From Candidatus Sumerlaeaceae bacterium (GTDB lineage Bacteria > Sumerlaeota > Sumerlaeia > Sumerlaeales > Sumerlaeaceae): 64,000 nt of DNA. Where the stretch lies: positions 28,154 through 92,153 of the forward strand of contig JBPCLP010000008.1 of assembly GCA_051003195.1 (NCBI GenBank), in the 5' to 3' direction. The notes beneath the pieces were generated by a model. The model saw only the letters and a list, made by a program, of their open reading frames with translations. It was not told the DNA's origin and did no database searches. Position 1 is the stretch's first letter, and each line of letters begins with the position of its first letter. The position numbers and the translations under genes are program-made. Below are positions 17,603 through 26,271 of the stretch, piece by piece.

Positions 17603-17989
17603 TTACCGCTGCATTCCCACGCAGTAGTCCGTCACGTCTGGCGTCCTCCATTTCAGCGGGAAGCCGATGCACTGAACTGGTTTGGAAGCGTGGACCTGGC
17701 AGCGGTTGTTTTCGAGGAAGATGCAATCCATCTCCGGCCCGGGTTTGTCGAGGAGCCATAAATCGCCGGCCGAAGAGTGGTCCGTAATTTCTGGTGTGCG
17801 GGTATATCGGGATTGAAATTCGGCGACGGAGATTTTGAGCAACGCAGCCATTTGTCCGATGTCTTCCGGGGTGACTCGGACGTAGCCTTCGCCGCGGCAA
17901 CAGTTCCCGCACATCGCGCAGGAGAATTCTGTAATGTTGTAGCTGTCGCTCATACCTAAGATCGCAGTCGATTGCACAACGTACCGCAT
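17603..17989 (-). CDS. YkgJ-family Fe/Zn-chelating domain protein (CxxCxxCC, UPF0153)
   Basis: CAMCGNCC motif plus distal Cys residues. Start may be the internal Met at 17953. Confidence 0.6.
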   Translation of the reverse strand: MRYVVQSTAILGMSDSYNITEFSCAMCGNCCRGEGYVRVTPEDIGQMAALLKISVAEFQSRYTRTPEITDHSSAGDLWLLDKPGPEMDCIFLENNRCQVHASKPVQCIGFPLKWRTPDVTDYCVGMQR

Positions 17990-17999
17990 CTTTCATTCG

Positions 18000-18737
18000 A
18001 TGCGCGATATACAAGTCGGAATGGGACGCAGCCTCGAATCCATACAACGCGAAGTGATCGCGTGCCGCGCATGCGAACGCCTCGTGGAATGGCGCGAGCG
18101 AGTCGCGCGTGAAAAGGTACGTCGTTTTCGCGACCAGGATTACTGGGGCAAGCCCGTGCCGTCGTTTGGCGATCCGACTGCGCGGCTGTTGATTCTTGGT
18201 CTTGCACCGGCCGCGCATGGGGGCAACCGGGTGGGACGCATTTTCACGGGCGATCGTTCGGGCGATTGGCTGTTTCGTGCGCTCCACAGGGCCGGATTTG
18301 CAAACCAGCCGACTTCAGTTTATCGGGAGGATGGACTGGAACTGCGCGATTGTTACATTACGGCAACAGCGAGATGCGCCCCGCCGGATAATAAGCCGCT
18401 GCCGTGCGAGCTGGAAACTTGCCGCGGTTTTCTTGATCGTGAAGTCGATATTTTATGGCCGCAGTTAAAGGTGGTAGTGGTCCTGGGGAAAATTGCGCAT
18501 GATGCGTGGCTTGCGCAATTGCGGCGGAGAGGCATTGAACTCGGCAAACCTGTGCCGTCATTTGGACATCTGGCGGAGCATCGTTTTGCAGGCGCTCCAG
18601 CGCTGCTTTGTTCGTTTCACCCGAGCCAGCAGAACACGCAGACGGGAAAATTGACGGAGCCAATGTTTGATGCGGTGTGGGAGCGCGCCCAGAGCCTGGT
18701 TTGTGGCAGGAATGCCGAACTTGGAATGGAGCTTTAG
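18000..18737 (+). CDS. uracil-DNA glycosylase superfamily protein, family-5 (UdgB)-like
   Basis: GLAPAAHGGNRVGRIFTGDRSGDWLF motif A (GLAPA type) and CxxC-type Fe-S cysteines. Alternative start at 18021. Confidence 0.7.
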   Translation: MRDIQVGMGRSLESIQREVIACRACERLVEWRERVAREKVRRFRDQDYWGKPVPSFGDPTARLLILGLAPAAHGGNRVGRIFTGDRSGDWLFRALHRAGFANQPTSVYREDGLELRDCYITATARCAPPDNKPLPCELETCRGFLDREVDILWPQLKVVVVLGKIAHDAWLAQLRRRGIELGKPVPSFGHLAEHRFAGAPALLCSFHPSQQNTQTGKLTEPMFDAVWERAQSLVCGRNAELGMEL

Positions 18738-18865
18738 GCTGGGTTAGTACCGCAACAACAATACTGCCCAGGCGAAAGCCTGTACATCGGGACGAAATTG
18801 AATGCGCTTCCTGCAGGATGTGAAAACCTTTTGCACATGCGAGCGGCGTCGCAGCGAATCCGATT

Positions 18866-19726
18866 ATGAGTGACGATATTCTTCTCGGTGCGCACATGAG
18901 CACGGCGGGCGGTATGCCGCGTGCGATTGAACGCGGCGAATCCATTGGCTGCACGGCAATCCAGGTTTTTGTTAAAGGCAACACGCGCTGGCAGTGGCCG
19001 CCACTGAAGCCCGAGGACATAAAGCAGTTTCGCGAGGGAATGGAGCGGAAGAGTATACGTTCAGTAATCGCGCACGCTATTTACCTCGTGAATCTCTGTT
19101 CCGACAAGCCCGAGTTTGTACGAAAGTCGATCGACGATATGATCGATGAAGTGAACCGGTGCGACGTGCTTGGCATCCCGGGCGTGGTGATGCATCCTGG
19201 TGCACATTGCGGTGCGGGTTGCGAAGCCGGTATTGAAGCAATTGCCCACGGTCTCAACGAGGTGTTTGCCTCGACACCAAAGGGCACAGCGCGTATCCTG
19301 CTGGAGACAACGGCAGGACAGGGCTCATGTCTTGGGAATCAATTCGAAGAGCTGGCGGCGATTATCGATGGCGTGGAACGCAAAGATCGGCTGGGCGTTT
19401 GCCTGGACACGTGCCACGTATTTGCAGCCGGTTTTGACGTGCGGACGCGCGAAGGCTACGACCTGATGTGGAAGGACTTTGACAGAATCGTCGGTCGCAA
19501 AATGTTGATGGCGATTCACCTGAACGACAGCAAGCAGCCGCTGGGATCACGAAAGGACCGTCACGAGCACATCGGCAAGGGCCAACTGGGGCTGGAGCCG
19601 TTCAGGTTCATTATGAACGACCCGAAACTGAAGAAAATACCCAAGGTCCTCGAAACCGACAAAGATGACAAGATGACGGAAGACCAGGAGAACATGGCGA
19701 CGCTTCGGTCGCTGCTGGCGAAATGA
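18866..19726 (+). CDS. nfo: endonuclease IV (AP endonuclease family 2)
   Basis: 286 aa with Nfo metal-binding blocks (GAHMSTAGG, HAIYLVNL, VVMHPG, LETTAGQG, LDTCH, AIHLNDS). Confidence 0.9.
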   Translation: MSDDILLGAHMSTAGGMPRAIERGESIGCTAIQVFVKGNTRWQWPPLKPEDIKQFREGMERKSIRSVIAHAIYLVNLCSDKPEFVRKSIDDMIDEVNRCDVLGIPGVVMHPGAHCGAGCEAGIEAIAHGLNEVFASTPKGTARILLETTAGQGSCLGNQFEELAAIIDGVERKDRLGVCLDTCHVFAAGFDVRTREGYDLMWKDFDRIVGRKMLMAIHLNDSKQPLGSRKDRHEHIGKGQLGLEPFRFIMNDPKLKKIPKVLETDKDDKMTEDQENMATLRSLLAK

Positions 19727-21708
19727 ACTTTCGCTGGTACGCGGCCCGTTTGCGCGCCATGCCGCTGCCTGAGTATTTTTATCGAGCGAAGCAGTCGGCG
19801 GCGCTTAAGAAGCGCGCTGCAGTGGCGGGCCGCACGCCAGCTCTAAGGTTCTTTAGTACGTTGGCGGAGCTGCCCGAAATTACGGAGCCGCGGCAAGTGC
19901 GATTTTTCGATGTCGTGCTGTTGTATGACGGAACTGAAGAGATCGACTGGCACCGCGATTACAGCACCGGCAAACGCTCACCGCGTCGATTCTATGGACG
20001 TATCGATTATCGCGACAGCGCACGTATAGGCGACGCGAAATATATCTGGGAACTGAATCGCCACCAGTTCATGGTGCCATGGGCGCTTCACTACGCGGCG
20101 ACCGGAGACGAACAGGATGTTGCCGCCATTGTGCATCTGCTTCTCAACTGGATAGCGGCTAATCCGAGGTACGTTGGGATTAACTGGGCGAGTTCGCTGG
20201 AACTCGCGTTGCGGCTCCTATCGTGGGGAATCGTATTCGACCTGTGCCGGCATTCCACTGTGCTTAACAGCATTCGGCCCATGGTGGAACGCTCGGTCAC
20301 GGAGCAGGCCGGTTACATTCACGATACGCTGTCGCTCTATTCCTCCGCGAACAATCACCTGGTGGGGGAGCTGGTTGGGTTGGTAGCGGCAGGCGTTTTC
20401 TTCCCGAACGCGCCCAGTGTACGGCAGTACGCGGAGTTTGCGCGCGCAGAGCTCCTCCGGCAGGCGCATCTTCAAAATCACGCAGACGGCGTAAACCGCG
20501 AACAGGCAGTTTATTACCACTATTACACGCTGGAATATCTTACTACCGCCATGGCGCTTTTCGAGCGGGCGGGGTGGAACTTTCCGGATGAGACAGCGGC
20601 GCTCGTGCGCAAGATGCTGGAGTTCATAGATGCGGTCGTAGACGATGAGGGCGTAGCGCCGGAGATTGGTGATCGCGATGATGGCTCAGTAACGGGATTG
20701 AATCTCGGGACCAACGTTGGATTGTACGAGTCGCTGCTTTGGACAGGATGGCGCTTGTTTGGTGAGCAGTCGTTTGCCGACCACGCAGCAGGCGTCGCAC
20801 GAGGGCGTGGTGATGAACCATCCGTAGATCCGCGCACGGTGTACTGGCATGGATTGCCGGAAAATGACTCCATGGAAAGGTGGGCGGAGAGTGAACCTGC
20901 GGCCACGGCAACTGCGAGGATTTTTCAACAAGGTGGCTATGCCGTATTTGGATTGCCTGCAACAGAATCGGTGGATGCTTTGCGCATTCTTTTTAGAGCG
21001 GGTCCTTTTGGCTATCCGAGGATTGCGGCGCACTCGCATTGCGATCAGCTTTCCCTGTGTGCGAAGCTCGGCGAGATGGAACTGCTGACAGACAGCGGAA
21101 CGTATTGCTATCATTCGAATGAGCGCTGGCGCCGCTATTTCAAAGGCACGACTGCGCACAATACGGTGCGAGTGGATGAAATGGACCAGGCCGAATACGG
21201 AGGTCCATTTCTCTGGGTGACGCATGCAGACGCCGAGTTACAGGAGTTGCAGAAACGTGAGTTTGGTTTTCGAATCGCGGGGGTGCATTCCGGATACCGA
21301 CGGCTTGCGGAACCTGTCGAGCACAGCCGAACCATCGAAGTTTCGAGTGGAGAACGGAAGCTGCTTGTTCGTGACACTCTCGGCAGCGGTGAGGCGCACA
21401 AATACGAACTGATCTGGAACTTTGGTCCGGGGATCGAACCGGAGTGGAGCATCGATGAGGAGCAGATGCCAAATACGGAAATCACGTACCGCAGAGCGGA
21501 GTGGCTGCTGCGAACCGGCCAAAATATGGTTGCGCGATTTTCGGTTAATTCCGAGCATCCGTTCCAGGTGCAGCTTTTTCACGGCGATGAGGTGGAGCCG
21601 GCGGGCTGGTATTCGCGTAAGTTTGGCGAACGCGTTCCTATTTACCAGCTGCGGATTACCGTGACTGCGGGATGGTGGTCGGTGGATAGCGCTTTAACAA
21701 TTCACTGA
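19723..21708 (+). CDS. heparinase II/III-like family protein
   Basis: 661 aa. The NWASSLELALRLLSW and NNHLVGELVGL regions are typical of the heparinase II/III alpha-toroid. ATG overlaps the nfo stop (ATGA). Confidence 0.65.
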   Translation: MNFRWYAARLRAMPLPEYFYRAKQSAALKKRAAVAGRTPALRFFSTLAELPEITEPRQVRFFDVVLLYDGTEEIDWHRDYSTGKRSPRRFYGRIDYRDSARIGDAKYIWELNRHQFMVPWALHYAATGDEQDVAAIVHLLLNWIAANPRYVGINWASSLELALRLLSWGIVFDLCRHSTVLNSIRPMVERSVTEQAGYIHDTLSLYSSANNHLVGELVGLVAAGVFFPNAPSVRQYAEFARAELLRQAHLQNHADGVNREQAVYYHYYTLEYLTTAMALFERAGWNFPDETAALVRKMLEFIDAVVDDEGVAPEIGDRDDGSVTGLNLGTNVGLYESLLWTGWRLFGEQSFADHAAGVARGRGDEPSVDPRTVYWHGLPENDSMERWAESEPAATATARIFQQGGYAVFGLPATESVDALRILFRAGPFGYPRIAAHSHCDQLSLCAKLGEMELLTDSGTYCYHSNERWRRYFKGTTAHNTVRVDEMDQAEYGGPFLWVTHADAELQELQKREFGFRIAGVHSGYRRLAEPVEHSRTIEVSSGERKLLVRDTLGSGEAHKYELIWNFGPGIEPEWSIDEEQMPNTEITYRRAEWLLRTGQNMVARFSVNSEHPFQVQLFHGDEVEPAGWYSRKFGERVPIYQLRITVTAGWWSVDSALTIH

Positions 21709-21769
21709 TAAAGCTGCGATCAAAAGCTATTACCCAGGTCTAAACCACGCTGGGCACAGCGCGTCTGGA

Positions 21770-21967
21770 CTACGGTTCATCTTCCTGCACGCGCTGCATG
21801 AAATAGTGAGGCGTTCCCTGTTCGTCGGCAACGGTCTCGGCTGGAAATTCTCCGCTGATAAAATCTTTGTAGTCGTCCAGCGTGAGGTCTTCCTGTGTGC
21901 CGATGAAGTGCGGACACCAGGATTCTGGTGAGTCGAATTCCGTGTCACAGAAGGGGCAGGTTACCAT
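21770..21967 (-). CDS. small zinc-ribbon-like protein (65 aa)
   Basis: CPFC...13 aa...CPH arrangement. Lies 18 nt downstream of the HEAT-repeat gene on the same strand. Confidence 0.4.
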   Translation of the reverse strand: MVTCPFCDTEFDSPESWCPHFIGTQEDLTLDDYKDFISGEFPAETVADEQGTPHYFMQRVQEDEP

Positions 21968-21985
21968 AGGCTAAGAATGTTCTGA

Positions 21986-24574
21986 TTAACCTGGCGGTTG
22001 CGGTTCGGGCCCACGCTTGCCACCGCGAATCCACTCCTGTCGCACCTGCATGTAGGCGCGTTTTTTGTCCATCTCGGTGATAACCGCCTCGCCCTTTGCG
22101 GCGGCGCCTGCGTGAGGCATGAACTTAGCCGCCGCACCGAGTTTTTCAGGGTCGACTGTAATGGCCGCCGCCGGCGCGACTCCCTGGCCGGTCTGGTATT
22201 CGCCCAGCAACTTGGCAACAATGCTTTTTCCGGCGAGGGTGAGGTCCGGCTTCGCTGCTAATTTCTCGAGACGCTCCTTCAGCGGGCTGCGCTTGGGACC
22301 CAGTTTCGCCAGTACCTCGGCGACCTTCACCTTGATCTGGTTCTCGGCAGTTTCCAGCGCGTTGACGAGATCACGATGCAGATGATCCAGCGAAGCAGGT
22401 GCAATCGCGCCGGCGCCCATATCCTGAAGCGCCGTAAGTGCAGCGCTGGCGATCATGGGGTCGCTGTCCACCAGGTGGGGCAAAATCACACGAATCGCAG
22501 GCGTGATCTTACGCTGCCCAAGTGCATTCATGGCCGTAACTTTTTTCGCGCGTCGTTTCGCGGCCATCAGATAGCTGGCCTCCAGGTCGGCCATGTACGC
22601 GAGATCCTGCTCGGTGACCTGCGCGGGTGCAATTTCCGCAGGGGGGGCCGCCCCGTTGTCTTCCGCGAAACCAGGCGCCATGGTGGCTTTCCCGGCCTGC
22701 TTTGACGCGCGCATGTGCGCACGCATCAGGATTTCGGCGGTTTCGGTGCCGGCGCTGGGCAGCCGGCCCGTCTGGATCTGTTCGAAGATCTCAGCCATGA
22801 GCACGTGCGCTTCATCGTTGTCGATCTTATCAAGTGCGTAGACGAGTGATGCAATTACGCGGTCTTTGCTGAGTTCCTCGCGTGTATCGGTCGCAGTATC
22901 GAGCACGGTTTCTTTGAGGTACTCGCTGCGGCGCGTGTCGTCATGCAGTGCGGTGTTGAGCAGCAACTGGCGAATGACTGGAAGCTGGGAAGGATCCGGG
23001 TTCTTGGAAAAAAGCTCGCCGAGTGCAAGGTAGGCGCCGCTGTAGATCTTCGCATGCTGCATGGAGACCTGGTTTATAACAGGCATCACGTGCGGAGCGA
23101 GCCGGGCGAGAAGATCGATTAAAGGCTGGCGAAATCCGAGTGGTTGTGAACGTCCAGCGCGCGCAAGCTCAGGACGGTCGATGCTCCATAGCGCAGTTGT
23201 TCCAACGTGCGCGGCCCATGTAAGCAGTGCGGGATCCATACCGTCCTGTTTGCCTGCAAAAAAATTGAGGACTGCGCGAACCGGGAATTCGAGATCGTCC
23301 TTGGGAAGAATCTTAATAACCTGTGCGATCAGTTTTCCGCGTGGCTGTAGTTCGGTTGTATTTCGTGCGGCGCGGCCAAGTGACGAGATGATTGCGAACG
23401 CATCGCGACGGGTTTCGCCTTCGGAAAGTTTACCGCGCAGATCCTGCGCCAGAGCCTGGATCAGCGCGTTTTGTGCAGCCGGATTTCCGATCGAGCCGAG
23501 GGCAAAAATCGCCTCGGTACGTGCATCGGCACGGCGCTCGTGCAATGCATCGGTAATAAACGGCACCGACTGCGCGTTCGCAAGCAGCCCCAGCGCTCCA
23601 ACGGCATACCGGCCGATTTTGCGCAGCAGATTATTACGCGCGAACTGCTGATAGGTACTATACGCTGTGAAGTTGCGGCCCAGTTCACCAAAGACGGAAG
23701 AAGCCACCGCGCGCGACGTTCGTCCCAATGTCGCATATAGCCGTTGCTCCACGCCCGCGAGAGCCCCCGCCGCGGAAACTTCCTTGGGAGAAAACTCGAC
23801 CATGAGCATGGTCGCTTCATTGTACTTGTCGTGGTTGGGACTAAGCAGACAGCAGCGGAAAATCGCACGCATCGCCCGGTCGAATCCCTGCAGGTCCTCC
23901 GGCGTTGGTTCGTGTAAGGCATTGCGAGCGGGAAGCGTGCGGCTAAGTTCTACAATGGCATCGGTGATCTGGGTTCGTGCAGAGCCCGTGACCGGCCGCT
24001 CCCGACGCGCGGCGGCCGCATTGGCGCGTGCAAATTCTTCCTGGGCATCGGTGGCGGATATCGGGTCCAACCCGAATTTATGGGGCGATTTGTTGATGCT
24101 TCGAATGAGACTTTGAGCGCGGTCACGCTCATGCACAAGTCCGCCCAGCGCGTTACCAATCTGCCTTGCGCGCTGGGTGCGATGTTCCGGCTCCTCTACG
24201 CTTGTAATTAGGGCAATTGCGTGCGTTTCGGCGGCCGGCATGTCATTATTCTTAACGCGGTCCACAAGGTCGTTGATCAGTCGTTCGCCGGAGATCTCCT
24301 CCAGACGCTGATTCCATGCGAGTGTTGCGTCGATGTCTGGCTGCACCAGCCCGAAAACCTGCTGTGTAATGGCTGCAGGCAGCTCGGCGGTGAGGGCGTC
24401 GTAGAACTGGTGAATGGGCTCAGCCTGCAGGCTTCTGTACAGTCGAGCAACCATCTCGGCCAGAACCTGTACATCGGCAGCGTTCGCCTCGGGCAGCATG
24501 GCAAAGGCAAGCGCGGCCGCAGGGGTGACCTGTCCTGACTCCAGCGCGTGCTCAATGGGATCGGTGATACTCAT
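21986..24574 (-). CDS. large HEAT/PBS-lyase-like repeat protein (862 aa), function unknown
   Basis: Repeated AxxALGxIGxxxAxxALIxAL-type helical repeats (for example EAIFALGSIGNPAAQNALIQALAQDL). No catalytic motif recognised. Confidence 0.6.
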   Translation of the reverse strand: MSITDPIEHALESGQVTPAAALAFAMLPEANAADVQVLAEMVARLYRSLQAEPIHQFYDALTAELPAAITQQVFGLVQPDIDATLAWNQRLEEISGERLINDLVDRVKNNDMPAAETHAIALITSVEEPEHRTQRARQIGNALGGLVHERDRAQSLIRSINKSPHKFGLDPISATDAQEEFARANAAAARRERPVTGSARTQITDAIVELSRTLPARNALHEPTPEDLQGFDRAMRAIFRCCLLSPNHDKYNEATMLMVEFSPKEVSAAGALAGVEQRLYATLGRTSRAVASSVFGELGRNFTAYSTYQQFARNNLLRKIGRYAVGALGLLANAQSVPFITDALHERRADARTEAIFALGSIGNPAAQNALIQALAQDLRGKLSEGETRRDAFAIISSLGRAARNTTELQPRGKLIAQVIKILPKDDLEFPVRAVLNFFAGKQDGMDPALLTWAAHVGTTALWSIDRPELARAGRSQPLGFRQPLIDLLARLAPHVMPVINQVSMQHAKIYSGAYLALGELFSKNPDPSQLPVIRQLLLNTALHDDTRRSEYLKETVLDTATDTREELSKDRVIASLVYALDKIDNDEAHVLMAEIFEQIQTGRLPSAGTETAEILMRAHMRASKQAGKATMAPGFAEDNGAAPPAEIAPAQVTEQDLAYMADLEASYLMAAKRRAKKVTAMNALGQRKITPAIRVILPHLVDSDPMIASAALTALQDMGAGAIAPASLDHLHRDLVNALETAENQIKVKVAEVLAKLGPKRSPLKERLEKLAAKPDLTLAGKSIVAKLLGEYQTGQGVAPAAAITVDPEKLGAAAKFMPHAGAAAKGEAVITEMDKKRAYMQVRQEWIRGGKRGPEPQPPG

Positions 24575-24817
24575 GCCAGTGGGGACAACAGAGGCCGGGA
24601 AACCTGTGGATGCAAACGGGAAATTCAGCCCTTACATAGGTGTGAGAGCGAGACGCGCGGCAAGTTAATGCGGCCCGCCCGCCCGATAAATGAACTTTGT
24701 CGGATTTGAGGTGTCTTAGTGGCAGGATAATTGCATGCTAGGTACAGGATGCACTTCAAATCCAATCAAAAGCCGACCGTAGCCCTGCGCTAACGAGCCG
24801 GTTATAAGGAGTATTTC

Positions 24818-25279
24818 ATGCTTAACAGGCACTTATCGCGTTTCGGACTGATCATAGGCTGCGGGCTTTTTGCCGGTTCCGCTGCTGCCCAACCCGTGGC
24901 CGGAACCCCCGACCTGCAAACGACCAGCATTACATTCAAGACCAAGTGCAAGGAAACGACCTGCACGATCAAGAATGTAACAACGCTGATTGAGAACATT
25001 GGAACGGGCGACGCTGCAAATACATCGCTCGACTATTATCTCTCCGCGGATAATATTTTGACGACCGAAACGGACACCTTTGTCCATCGTGTATCGCTCG
25101 GCAAGGTGAAGGCTGGAAAGACCAAGAAGCGGACACTGGGTGGTGGGTTGCTGAAACAGCACAACGTAGTATCTGGCCAGTATCTATTTGTTGTGATCGA
25201 TGCCGACGGCACCCTGGTTGAACTGGACGACACCAACAATACGTTCAGCTCGCAGATTATTCTCGCTCCTTCAAATTAG
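24818..25279 (+). CDS. secreted hypothetical protein, possibly CARDB-like beta-sandwich
   Basis: Signal peptide (GLIIGCGLFAGSAAAQP), good RBS AAGGAG. Pattern PDL..T....N.G.G.A resembles CARDB. Confidence 0.5.
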   Translation: MLNRHLSRFGLIIGCGLFAGSAAAQPVAGTPDLQTTSITFKTKCKETTCTIKNVTTLIENIGTGDAANTSLDYYLSADNILTTETDTFVHRVSLGKVKAGKTKKRTLGGGLLKQHNVVSGQYLFVVIDADGTLVELDDTNNTFSSQIILAPSN

Positions 25280-26186
25280 AGGTGGAGACCGGTTCCAGGT
25301 TTTCCAGCTTATAGACGACCAGGTCACCGGATGTAATACGGCTCTGGGTCAGCAGGTGGGCAACTTCCTGCAACTGGCCCAGGGCCGTTTCTGGTTTAGA
25401 GGGGTCAATGCCGTTCCTGGACGTGACGGTCGCAAAGTGCGTGTGGCTTTGCACTCCCGAGGTTGCTTTATCATCGGGATTGACGTAGAACACCGCCTGA
25501 GTCGCAGAGGTCTCGTCTGCCGCCGAGCGTAGAACTAAACCGAAGAAAAGCGCATCCACGTCGCGCAATACTGCCTTCGGATGAAAGTAATCTGCACGTT
25601 TCGGGCCGAGAATCGGTTCGCCATAGGCCGGGGCTTTACGTATGGCCGAGGTTTCGAGGGCGGTGAAACGGCCTACGCCGGCCACACCCAGTAGTTTGCC
25701 GTGACGCGCCGCCAGCTCCGTAAAGACCTGTTCCATGGTTTGGGTGCTTTCGGTTAACCGGTAGCGGGCGATGGGCAAAGCCTGAGCATCGACGCCCGCC
25801 ACGAAGGCTCCCCAGCCGCTTGCGCTTTCTACCCCAGTCGCCGTTCGCGTGCAATATCCGCATGCAGCATCGAGAGACTTGATAAAGAGCCTGCCGTTTA
25901 CAATGAGACCTTCACCCTGTCGCGCTGCGTCTGGCTGGAGTGCTCCGCCGCCCAAAGCGTACAGGAAGGCATTTTCGGGGATCTTCTGAAATCGGGGGCC
26001 TGTGCACTCCCCATCCAGTACCGTGGTAACCCGGCCCAGTACGCGCCCGTGCGCGACTCCATTCAGTACCTCGGTTTGCTCAAGCCCGGCAGAAACAGTA
26101 CCTCCGAGCGTAACCATTGCAACTGCAGCTAATATCTTCATCAATCCAACTACTCCGTTCGAATTGCGCGGCATTTTAGTGCGCAA
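25257..26186 (-). CDS. secreted hypothetical protein (possibly phosphodiester glycosidase/DUF2233-like); likely start at the internal Met at 26141
   Basis: Signal peptide MKILAAVAMVTLGGTVSA. About 295 aa mature protein. Confidence 0.5.
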   Translation of the reverse strand: MRTKMPRNSNGVVGLMKILAAVAMVTLGGTVSAGLEQTEVLNGVAHGRVLGRVTTVLDGECTGPRFQKIPENAFLYALGGGALQPDAARQGEGLIVNGRLFIKSLDAACGYCTRTATGVESASGWGAFVAGVDAQALPIARYRLTESTQTMEQVFTELAARHGKLLGVAGVGRFTALETSAIRKAPAYGEPILGPKRADYFHPKAVLRDVDALFFGLVLRSAADETSATQAVFYVNPDDKATSGVQSHTHFATVTSRNGIDPSKPETALGQLQEVAHLLTQSRITSGDLVVYKLENLEPVSTSNLKERE

Positions 26187-26271
26187 GAATTCTTGCGCAG
26201 GGGTTCGTTTTGCGTTCAGATTCAGCGTGGCGTGTGGATAACCACTTTTAGATACGCGGGGCAGTCGCTCA

